This document shows, piece by piece, positions 29,001 through 37,300 of a stretch of DNA of 64,000 bases. Made by a program: the position numbers and the translations under genes. This DNA is from Polaromonas sp. (GTDB lineage: Bacteria > Pseudomonadota > Gammaproteobacteria > Burkholderiales > Burkholderiaceae_C). The DNA lies in assembly GCA_025363315.1 (NCBI GenBank), contig JANYED010000167.1:8348-72347 (forward strand), read 5' to 3'. The first letter of the stretch is position 1. The number at the start of each line of letters is the position of its first letter. Under the pieces are notes generated by a model, which worked only from the letters and a program-made list of their open reading frames with translations, did not search any database and was not told the origin of the DNA.

Positions 29001-29279
29001 CGCGGCCTGAGCGCGCTTGACGCTGTGCGCGAGGCTTGCGTGCTGCGCTTTCGCCCCATCCTCATGACCACGCTGGCCGCGGTACTGGGCGCCTTGCCAC
29101 TGGCCATTGGCTTTGGCGAGGGGGCCGAGCTGCGCCGCCCACTGGGCATTGCCATCATTGGCGGGCTGATTGCCAGCCAGTTGCTGACGCTTTTAACCAC
29201 ACCCGTTGTGTATGTGTTGATGGACAAGCTGCGCAGGCGCGGTGCGCATGAAGCACATCTGGCGCGGGCAAGTTCTTGA
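26082..29279 (+). CDS. mdtC: RND efflux permease (MdtC/MuxC-like)
   Basis: MNLSEPFVRRPVAT, GFVVDDAIVVLEN, GIVKKNAILIIDFA, RFRPILMTT. Confidence 0.93.
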   Translation: MNLSEPFVRRPVATVLLTVGLALSGIGAFFVLPVSPLPQVDFPVITVSAAIPGASPDTMASSVATPLERRLGAISGVNEMTSSSSSGQTRINLQFDLNRKIDAAAREVQGAINASRVDLPAALRSNPTYRKANPASAPIMILALTSKTRTPGQIYDDVSSLLQQKIAQVPGVGDVELGGGSLPAVRVELLPFALNRYGISMEDVRAALQASNANRPKGAIEDDRDGKGNRLQIYSVGNTASGGLKAADYKNLTVGVRNGASISLGDVANVRDGTENTNTIGLFNGDAAVIVLITRQPGANVIETVDGIRALLPELQAQLPKDVKMSVASDSTNSIRSSLREIEITLLISIVLVVLVVSAFLRSARATFIPAAATVVSLLGTFSVMYLLGFSLNNLSLMALTVATGFVVDDAIVVLENTSRHIEAGMDRFKAALLGAREVGFTVLSISLSLVAVFIPLLFMGGQLGRLFREFAVTLSVAVMISLVISLTTTPMMCAWLLKPHSKTSPGRVSSWFDKRFKQVLRTYEASLDWALHMRWLIMLILVSVVGMNVYLFIKIPKGFFPQQDSGQINGGLRADQSISFQATQGKLKELVDIIRADPAVDTVVGFTGGGRAGGGFMFVNLKPLAQRLEGIGGQAVISRLRPQLARVTGISLFLGPVQDLRGGGRSSNSTYQYTLKSDNVADLRKWAARLADQMKSQVALTDVDTDQQDNAVETMVTVDKDSASRLGITARDIDNALYNGFGQRQVATVYSDLNQYKVIMEISPRFRQSPESLKDIYIPARATGVGVANAAALVNPGLRDQSTGQALSQGSTMVPLSAIAKFSESAKASSVNHQDGELATTVSYNLAEGATLQQGQDAVKQAEAEIGLPNNVRGSFEGTAKAAQDSQGQQPLLILAALVVIYIVLGVLYESLVHPITVLSTLPSAGVGAVLALMIFKLDFSIIALIGVFLLIGIVKKNAILIIDFAIDAERSRGLSALDAVREACVLRFRPILMTTLAAVLGALPLAIGFGEGAELRRPLGIAIIGGLIASQLLTLLTTPVVYVLMDKLRRRGAHEAHLARASS

Positions 29280-29289
29280 AAGAGTGACC

Positions 29290-30696
29290 ATGCAGATACC
29301 TACCCACAGACTTATTTTTCCTGTCACGCTGACTTTGCTCATTGCAGGCTGTGCAGTGGGGCCTAAATACGAGCGACCTGCTGCGCCAGACGTTGGTGCT
29401 TACAAGGAAGCGGGCGACTGGATCAAAGCTGCGCCGGCTGATGCACTGGAGCGTGGGCCGTGGTGGCAAATGTTCAATGACCCGCTGCTCAATGACATGG
29501 TGGCTCGTGTTGAGGTGACGAATCAGAATGTGGCGGTGGCGGTGGCGGCTTATGAGCAGGCGCGTGCGCTGGTAGCTCAGCAGCGCGGCGCCATGTTCCC
29601 ATCGGTCACGCTGAATCTTGGCAGCACACGCTCTGGCAGTGGAGGCGGTACGGCAGGTTTGGTCGGCAGGAGCGGCAATAACTACCAAGCCAGCCTGGGC
29701 AGTACTTGGGAGCCCGACGTTTGGGGGCGATTGAGCGGTCTTGTCAATGGCGCGGCCGCATTGGCAGCAGCGAGCGATGCTGACCTGGCCACGGCCCGTC
29801 TGTCTGCTCAGGGGCAACTTGCGGTCAACTACCTGTCGCTACGCCAACAAGATGCGCAAATTGCCTTGCTTGCCAGCACACTGGCAGGTTATCAGCGTGC
29901 GCTGGAGATCACGCAAAACCGCTACAACGCAGGCATCGCTGCCAAGACCGATGTCTTGCAAGCCCAAACGCAACTGGCCAACGCTAAAGCTGATGAACTG
30001 AGCTTGCAGGGCAGCCGTGCTCAGCTAGAACACGCCATCGCAGTTCTGCTCGGTCAGCCGCCCGGCAATTTTGCGGTGGTTGTGCTGGCCGACTGGAAAT
30101 CTACCGTGCCGAATGTTCCAGTTGCGCTGCCGTCTACCCTGCTGCTGCGCAGGCCTGACATTGCGGCTGCCGAGCGCCGCGTGGCCAATGCCAATGCGCA
30201 AATCGGCGTTGCGCAAGTCGCCTACTACCCCAGCTTTAGTTTGAGCGCATCGGTGGGCTCGTCAGCCAGCCGCGTACCTAACCTCTTTACCGCGCCGACG
30301 GCATTGTGGTCACTCGGCTTGTCAGCAGCGCAGGCCATTTTCAGAGGCGGCGCAATAGACGCTCAAGTTGACGGCGCACGCGCCGCTTACGACCAAACTG
30401 TGGCGCGCTATCGCCAAGTGGTTCTGAGCGCTTTTCAAAACGTAGAAGACCAGTTGTCAGCCACCCGCGTGCTGCAAAGCCAGCAGGTGCTGCGCGCCGA
30501 GGCGTCTAGCGCGGCAGACCAAGTCGAGCAGCAGGTGCTAAACCGCTATCGCAGTGGGCAAGTTGGCTACACAGAGGTTATTACATCGCAAACTACCGCG
30601 CTGGCCGCGCGCCGTGCGTTGGTGCAGGCAACGGCTGATCGCCAAACGACCGCTGTGGCCTTGATTCAATCGCTAGGCGGTGGCTGGAACGACTGA
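29290..30696 (+). CDS. RND outer-membrane factor lipoprotein (OpmB/NodT-like)
   Basis: Start MQIPTHRL; lipobox LIAGC-AVGP; WEPDVWG, RRPDIAAAER, ALIQSLGGGW. Confidence 0.92.
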   Translation: MQIPTHRLIFPVTLTLLIAGCAVGPKYERPAAPDVGAYKEAGDWIKAAPADALERGPWWQMFNDPLLNDMVARVEVTNQNVAVAVAAYEQARALVAQQRGAMFPSVTLNLGSTRSGSGGGTAGLVGRSGNNYQASLGSTWEPDVWGRLSGLVNGAAALAAASDADLATARLSAQGQLAVNYLSLRQQDAQIALLASTLAGYQRALEITQNRYNAGIAAKTDVLQAQTQLANAKADELSLQGSRAQLEHAIAVLLGQPPGNFAVVVLADWKSTVPNVPVALPSTLLLRRPDIAAAERRVANANAQIGVAQVAYYPSFSLSASVGSSASRVPNLFTAPTALWSLGLSAAQAIFRGGAIDAQVDGARAAYDQTVARYRQVVLSAFQNVEDQLSATRVLQSQQVLRAEASSAADQVEQQVLNRYRSGQVGYTEVITSQTTALAARRALVQATADRQTTAVALIQSLGGGWND

Positions 30697-31851
30697 TGCA
30701 ACCGGGTAGCTGCCCGCCAGTAAAATGCCTTTGTCCACCGTATTGATATCTGTCTTGCCGCAAAACGCCATGGTCAGGTCGAGTTCTTTGTGAATGATCT
30801 GCAGCGCTTTGGTCACACCTTGCTCCCCCATCGCGCCTAGTGCATACAACCAGGCGCGGCCGATGTAAACGCCCTTCGCACCCAGGGCGACGGCTTTGAT
30901 CACGTCTTGCCCGCTGCGTATGCCGCCATCCATGTGCACTTCAATATCCTTGCCTACTGCGGCCACAATGCGGGGCAGGGCTCGGATGGATGACTCGGCA
31001 CCATCCAATTGTCTGCCGCCGTGGTTAGACACGATGAGTGCATCTGCACCGCTGTCAACGGCCAGGCGTGCGTCTTCTTCGTCTTGAATGCCCTTCAAAA
31101 TAATTTTGCCGCCCCAGCGTTTTTTGATCCATTCCACATCACCCCAATTAAGCGCCGGGTCAAACTGTTTGGCAGTCCAGTCGCTTAATGAACTCATGTC
31201 GTCAACGCCTTTGACGTGGCCCACGATGTTGCCAAAGCCGTGGCGCTTGGTACCCAGCATGCCCAGGCCCCAGCGCGGCTTGGTCGCCATGTTGATGATG
31301 TTCGGAAGGGTTAATTTGGGCGGCGCAGACAGGCCGTTTTTTAAGTCTTTGTGCCGCTGGCCCAAGATTTGCAAATCAAGCGTGATGACCAGGGCTGAGC
31401 AGTTGGCGGCTTTGGCCCGGTCGATCAGGCGCTCGATAAAGTCGCGGTCTTTTAAGACGTAAAGCTGAAACCAGAACGGGTGGCGGCCGGTGCTATCTGC
31501 CACATCTTCAAGCGAACAAATGCTCATGGTTGACAGGGTGAACGGTATGCCGAACTTTTTGGCGGCCCGCGCGCCACAAATTTCACCATCGGCGTGTTGC
31601 ATGCCGCTCATTCCGGTCGGCGCAATGGCCACAGGCATAGCGACGTTTTGGCCAATCATTTGGGTAGCCGTGCTGCGGCCTTCCATGTTGACAGCCACGC
31701 GCTGGCGGAATTTGATGGCCTGAAAGTCTGCCTCATTCGCTCGGTAAGTACCTTCTGTCCATGAGCCAGAATCGGCATAGTCGTAAAACATGCGCGGCAC
31801 GCGCGCCTTGTGCAGAATGCGCAAATCTTCTATGTTGGTGATGACGGTCAT
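30673..31851 (-). CDS. lldD: FMN-dependent alpha-hydroxy acid dehydrogenase (L-lactate dehydrogenase-like)
   Basis: FYDYADSG, WFQLY, SNHGGRQLD, DGGIRSGQD, GRAWLY; 24-bp 3' overlap with the OMF gene. Confidence 0.9.
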   Translation of the reverse strand: MTVITNIEDLRILHKARVPRMFYDYADSGSWTEGTYRANEADFQAIKFRQRVAVNMEGRSTATQMIGQNVAMPVAIAPTGMSGMQHADGEICGARAAKKFGIPFTLSTMSICSLEDVADSTGRHPFWFQLYVLKDRDFIERLIDRAKAANCSALVITLDLQILGQRHKDLKNGLSAPPKLTLPNIINMATKPRWGLGMLGTKRHGFGNIVGHVKGVDDMSSLSDWTAKQFDPALNWGDVEWIKKRWGGKIILKGIQDEEDARLAVDSGADALIVSNHGGRQLDGAESSIRALPRIVAAVGKDIEVHMDGGIRSGQDVIKAVALGAKGVYIGRAWLYALGAMGEQGVTKALQIIHKELDLTMAFCGKTDINTVDKGILLAGSYPVASVVPATA

Positions 31852-31938
31852 GGTGTTGTCTCAGTAGGTTTGGCTTGATACCCATGGTAGCGGGGCAAGC
31901 CAGCATGAGCAGTGAAAAGCGCTTTGGCAGTCGTGAAA

Positions 31939-34311
31939 TTATTTTAATGTTCCTGTCGACGCGGTTTTAACACCCGCACCGCGTACTTCAATTTTTACTT
32001 CGTCCAGCACCTTGCCGTTGCTGTCGATCAGTTGCACCACATGCCGTCCTGGCCAGGGCAGCCACTGTGCCTGCGCGCCGCGTGCAACAACTTTGCCCTC
32101 CATCCGCCAGCGCAGGTTACGCCCCTCGGCCTTGAAGCTGACGCGTTGGGCTTTGGACGGAATGTCTGGGTCCAGCGCAATAACCGTACCGGCTGTGGGG
32201 GCGATGATCTTGGGTTCGATTTCAGCTGAAAAAGTACTTTTTAATAGGTCTTTTGAGTCTGTAGCCCAATCAACACGGGCGCGAGCAGCTCCTGAATCAG
32301 TAGCAAACAGATTTTGTTCAGTACCTTTGATGAACCACTCAGTGCGCGCTGCCTCCAGCCCATCAAACGCCACGCGGCTTTGCATCAGCCCGGGCGGTGG
32401 CGTGGGCGCGCGGCTGGGTTGGGTGCGGTGCAGGTGATTCATCACCGCCGCCCAGATCGGCGCTGCTCCGCTTGTGCCGCTCACGTCCCACATGGGTGCG
32501 CCGCTGGCGTTGCCTACCCACACGCCTACTGTGTAGCGCTGCGAATAGCCGACGGCCCAGTTGTCGCGCATGTCTTTGCTGGTGCCGGTTTTAACGGCAG
32601 TCCAAAAGCGGGTGGCCAGCACACTGTCAGTGCCAAAGGTGCGGGCACGCGCCAGTGGGTCGGCCAGGATGTCGCTGACGATAAATGCCGCGCGTGGGTC
32701 GATGGCGGATTCGGGTACAGCCCTCACCCCCGCCCACTCCCGTGCACGGGAGTGGGGGCCAATCGGGGAAGTCTGGCTCCCTTTCACGTACGCGGGAGTG
32801 GGCAGGGGTGAGGGTGAAGCGAATTTAACTTCCCCAACCTGCCCCCCATTGGCCAGCGTCCGATAAGCATTCGTCAAATTCAGCAGAGACACTTCAGAAC
32901 TGCCCAATGCCAGGCTATAGCCGTAATAGTCGCCGCTCTCTTTAAGCGGCAGTCCTGCGCCCTTGAGCTGCCTGGCAAACGCATCAGGCGACAACATGAC
33001 CAGCGTGCGCACCGCTGGCACATTCAGCGACGCCCCCAGCGCGGTGCGGGTGCTGACCATGCCCTTGAACTGACGGTCATAGTTTTGCGGAATGTACAGG
33101 CCGCTGGCAGTGGGGATTTGCGTGGACGAGTCTTCCAGCAATGATGCGGCAGTGATGCGCTGCTCAGCAATGGCCTGAGCGTACAAAAAGGGCTTGAGAG
33201 TTGAGCCCGGTTGGCGCAGCGCCGTCACGCCATCAACGTCAGCGGCTTTGCTGAGTTCATTGGACGAGCCAACCCAGGCCAGTACTTCGCCCGTGCCGTT
33301 GTCGAGCACCAGCACAGCACCGTCCTCCACATGGCGGCCGCGTAGCTCCCGTAGCTGCTGCTGCAAGGTTTGGACGGCGAAGCGTTGGAGTGGGGCACGC
33401 AGGGTGGACTGGATTGATTTTGCGGAGCCCTCACCCCGCAAGGGGCGAGGAAGGAATTCAGGAACGCCACTCTTGCCCCCTCTCCCGCTGACGGGAGAGG
33501 GTCGAGGTGAGGGGGCCTGCAAAGCCACCAGCCGCTGTGCCAAGTGCGGCGCAAACCCCTCGCTAGCATCAAACGCCTTGTGCTGCAAAGCACCCGATAC
33601 AAATAAGTCCAGCGCGTCGCAGTCGGCTCTGGATTGCAAAAGTTTTAAAACGCCACAAGACCGCTGGCTGACCTGCGCCGCCTTCGCATTTGGCCCCCGC
33701 ACCAGTGCCGCAGCCACCGCCGCCTCACGCTCATCCAGCCCATGCGCCGCCTTGCCAAACAGCGTGCGACTCAACGCGTCAACCCCCACCAACTCACCCC
33801 TGAATGGCACCAGATTCAAGTACGCTTCCAGAATCTGGTCCTTGCGCCAGCGTGCTTCAAGGACTTGGGTTGACACGGTTTGGCCGATTTTTTGACCCAC
33901 GCTTCGGCCATTGGCACCTGCACGCAAATCATCGTCCAGCAGGCCAGCCAGTTGCATGCTGATGGTCGATGCACCGCGTGTTTTGGTGTTCCACAAGTTG
34001 GCCCATGCAGCGCTTGACACCGCCCGCCAGTCCACGCCGCTGTGTTCATAAAAGCGTTTGTCTTCGGACAACACCAGCGCCGTGCGCAGGGCAGGCGACA
34101 CGTCAGCCAACGCCACCCACTGGCCGCGCCGCACGGTGCTGTCAGTGCGCAGGCGCTGAATGACTTCCCCGTCCCGTGCCAAAATCAGCGTGTCAGACGG
34201 CTTGTAGTCCTGTTTGACACTGTCAAATGATGCTGTAGCCCAACAAATACGGGCGCAGCTAGCTATTAAATAAATAGCGATACATCCGGCCCTGACAGCA
34301 TTAAGCGTCAC
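31939..34311 (-). CDS. pbpC: Penicillin-binding protein 1C
   Basis: EDKRFYEH, GASTISMQLA, SxxK (STLK), SLN and KTG motifs; 4-bp overlap with the A2M gene; contains four in-frame repeat-derived segments. Confidence 0.93.
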   Translation of the reverse strand: MTLNAVRAGCIAIYLIASCARICWATASFDSVKQDYKPSDTLILARDGEVIQRLRTDSTVRRGQWVALADVSPALRTALVLSEDKRFYEHSGVDWRAVSSAAWANLWNTKTRGASTISMQLAGLLDDDLRAGANGRSVGQKIGQTVSTQVLEARWRKDQILEAYLNLVPFRGELVGVDALSRTLFGKAAHGLDEREAAVAAALVRGPNAKAAQVSQRSCGVLKLLQSRADCDALDLFVSGALQHKAFDASEGFAPHLAQRLVALQAPSPRPSPVSGRGGKSGVPEFLPRPLRGEGSAKSIQSTLRAPLQRFAVQTLQQQLRELRGRHVEDGAVLVLDNGTGEVLAWVGSSNELSKAADVDGVTALRQPGSTLKPFLYAQAIAEQRITAASLLEDSSTQIPTASGLYIPQNYDRQFKGMVSTRTALGASLNVPAVRTLVMLSPDAFARQLKGAGLPLKESGDYYGYSLALGSSEVSLLNLTNAYRTLANGGQVGEVKFASPSPLPTPAYVKGSQTSPIGPHSRAREWAGVRAVPESAIDPRAAFIVSDILADPLARARTFGTDSVLATRFWTAVKTGTSKDMRDNWAVGYSQRYTVGVWVGNASGAPMWDVSGTSGAAPIWAAVMNHLHRTQPSRAPTPPPGLMQSRVAFDGLEAARTEWFIKGTEQNLFATDSGAARARVDWATDSKDLLKSTFSAEIEPKIIAPTAGTVIALDPDIPSKAQRVSFKAEGRNLRWRMEGKVVARGAQAQWLPWPGRHVVQLIDSNGKVLDEVKIEVRGAGVKTASTGTLK
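32251..32304 (-). repeat. 54-bp motif, copy 7 (inside pbpC, encodes ATDSGAARARVDWATDSK)
   Basis: Reverse complement: gctac tgattca ggagc tgct cgcgc ccg tgttgat tgggct acagactcaaaa. Confidence 0.92.
32721..32814. repeat. GC-rich REP-like inverted doublet inside pbpC
   Basis: Arms ccctcacccccgcccactcccg (32721-32742) and cgggagtgggcaggggtgaggg (32793-32814), 21/22 complementary; internal hairpin CCCACTCCCGTGCACGGGAGTGGG. Confidence 0.88.
33427..33516. repeat. Second GC-rich REP-like inverted doublet inside pbpC
   Basis: Outer arms CCCTCACC / GGTGAGGG; internal hairpins CCTCACCCC-GCAA-GGGGCGAGG and CCCTCTCCCG-CTGA-CGGGAGAGGG. Confidence 0.85.
34225..34278 (-). repeat. 54-bp motif, copy 8 (inside the pbpC N-terminal anchor, AIYLIASCARICWATASF)
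   Basis: Reverse complement: gctat ttattta atagc tagc tgcgc ccg tatttgt tgggct acagcatcattt. Confidence 0.88.
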
Positions 34312-37300
34312 TTCACACCCCCCACCTTTACCCGCGCATTCGGTGCTTCGCCAAACATTTCGGGCGCGTACATCGCCTCTACGCGGCTTGGCGGCAGTGC
34401 AAAGTCGCCAACGTTGTTCAGGCGCATGGTGTATTGCATCTTGACAACGCCTTTAGGCAGGTACTCGTAATAGCTGCGAAAGGCTTCAAAGCTGCGCTCT
34501 TCAAAAGCTGGCCAGCCGGAGCCTGATTTCTTTTCCCCCTTGGTGGCTATTTCTGAATCACGACCCAGGCCGCTGCCCAAAATGGTTGCGCCGCCGGGAA
34601 TGGGGTCGGTAATCGCTACCCAGGTCATGTCGGCTGATGCATTGACCTCCAGCGTGATACGAACCACGTCGCCACGCGTGTAGATGCCCTTCACAGCTTG
34701 CTCTACCGGGTCCATCGTTTTCTTGATCTGGTAGCCCGCATTGAAGGGTTCTTTGAGCTGCACGGCGGCCAGCGATTGCAGTGTTAGCCACGGTCTGCCT
34801 GTGCCAGTGTGCGTCACGTTCAAGCTGTCTTTAGCCGCTGAAGCCGCTTTGGCCCACGTTAAAAACATCGTGTTGTTGCGCAGATTGCCAGGGGATGCAG
34901 GTGCGCCGAACATGGTGGTTTGGTTGGGTGCGCCGCCCGCATCTGTGGTCTTTACCCGGTCGACCTTGGCCCAGTCGACTTGAGCAGCCGCAGCGGTCAG
35001 CGCGGCCTTGGTTACGCCCGCAACCGGCGTGGCTTCAAACCTGGCAGAGAACTTGTCCAGAGCCAAGCCGCCCCACAAATTGGCGGTTGTCGTCAGCCAC
35101 GCACCTTTTTGCTGGCGGCCAATAAAGCCGTTGGCAAGGCGCCCGATGTCGTCTTTCCACGCCGCGTCGTCCATCACGGCCAGCATCAGGCGCGCGGTGT
35201 TGACGTCGCCATTGACCATCAGCCACCACCAGTAGTCGTCTTTTTCAGTGCTGAAAATCAGTTTGGTGCCCTGGTACGAAAGGCGTGATTTCAAAACCTG
35301 ATTCGCTTCGGCAATACGTTCCTCACGCTTCGGAACATCGCTCACACGCTTCAAAATGCTCAGCCAGTCAATCACCGCATTCGTCGGCCACTGGTTGGGC
35401 GCAATCGTGATGCTGCCGAGCATGCGGCCCTGTGCTTTACCGTAACGGGCAAGCGCTTCAAGTGCGGCGAGTTTGCGCACGTCCAGGTCTTTGCGTGGGC
35501 TCCAAAATTCGCGTTGAATACGGCCTTCAACAAACGCGATCAAGCCGCGCTCCATGGGTGCACGCACATCGTCTGGCAAAGCAAATGCGGGGTTGATGCT
35601 GGCCGCTTCGTGCGTGGCGGCCAGCAGATAAGCGGTCAGTGCATCGCTGCCGCGCGCAGCATCGCCATCACGCGGCGGAAAGTAATTGGCCAGGCCGTCA
35701 CTGTCCAGATAACCCGGGATTTGCCCAACTACCGACTGCCACAGTTTGCCGTCACGCAGGCCGACTGATTTGCTGGTTTTTTGTTCCAGGCAGGCAAACG
35801 GGTAGTTGGCAAACCAGTCACGCACGCCGTCCATACCATCAGCCAGTTTGGGTTGCAGCGACATCTTCAAACCGCCCCGACCTGGCAAGGCATCAGCAGG
35901 CGGGTTCACGTCGAGACTGAACGAACCGTCGACCTGAATCAGCGTGGCTTGCTGCACCGTGAGTGGCACAGCCGGGATGATGCGCTGGCGGGCTTTCAGG
36001 CCATCGCGCACCCCGCTTATCGTGTCTTTGGCTTCAATCTCCCAAAGAATCGCCTCTTGCCGCGTAAAGCCCAGTTGCCCGGGCGCTGTCACCGTCCATG
36101 CCACTTCACGCGCTTCACCTGCAGGAATATCAACAGTCTGCGGCTTCAATTCAAGCAGCGTCGCGCGCGGCGCCACCTCCACTTTCATCGCCGCCTTGGT
36201 CGTGTTACGCAGTGTGATTTGTGCGCGGAACTGATCGTCCTCTCGCACCAGCGGCGGCAAGCCGCTGATGATTTGCAAGTCTTGCGTGGCTTTGATGGAC
36301 GTTTGCCCAGTGCCGAACAAGCCTGTAGCCGCATCAGCCACCGCCACAATTTTGAATGTCGTCAGCGCATCATTGAGCGGCACAGTCACTACTGCCTGGC
36401 CATTCGCATCCAGTTGCACGCGGGGGTTCCACAGCAGCAGGGTGTCGAGCAGCTCGCGCGTGTTGCTTCGGCCACCGCCGCCGCCCGCTGCCACCGCTTT
36501 GCGGCCATAGTGCCTGCGGCCAATGATTTCCATTTGCGCGGTCGAGGTTTCAACGCCCCAGGCGCGGCGTTGCAGCATCGCGTCGAGCAATCCCCAGCTG
36601 CTGTTTGGCATCAGCTCCAGCAGGGCTTGGTCAACCGCAGCCAGTGCCACCTCTGCGTTGGCAGCAGGCTGGCCGCTGGGCAGCTTGACCTGAATCGTCA
36701 CTTTGGCTTGGCTGCGCACGGCGTAGCTTTCTTTGTCGGGCTTCACGCTCACGTCTAACTGATGCGCTTTGGTACCGACGCGGATTTCAGCAAGCCCCAG
36801 CCTGAAGGCAGGCTTGCTCAAATCAACCAGTGCAGTCGGCGCAACGTATTCGCGGCCTTCGTACCAAAAAGATGTCCACCACTCTTTAGGCGCTTTAAAC
36901 CCCCAGGTAAAAAAGCTGTACCAAGGCACTTCACGCAGGCGGCCACGCAGCGCCAGCACACTGACGTACACGTTCGGCCCCCAGCCTTCCTTGATTTTCA
37001 AGCTGATGGTCGGGTCTTGCCCATTGAGCTGCACGACTTGCGTGTCAATGATGCCTTCACGCTCAACCGCCACCAGCGCCGTTGCAAACCTGAAAGGCAT
37101 GCGTACCTGAAACTTGGCCACATCACCGGGTTGGTAGCTTTTTTTCTCGGGCAGCACGTCCATGCGGTCATGGTTTTCACCGCCAAACCACAGCTCGCCC
37201 TGCTTGGTCACGTACACCGAGCTGGCCGCCTGGATGGTGTTGCCATCTTTATCTTTGGCCGTCACGATGAGTTCGACTTCGCCTGCCTCGCCCAGTTTGG

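Noticed and set aside
29155-29817. Long antisense/alternate-frame ORFs (e.g. 29155-29817, 35781-36758, 41318-42247, 42996-43727)
   Set aside because: Shadow ORFs typical of high-GC genes; they overlap well-supported genes and show no family motifs.
30673-30696. 24-bp convergent overlap of the OMF and lldD genes as antisense regulation
   Set aside because: Short 3' overlaps are common and nothing else supports a function.
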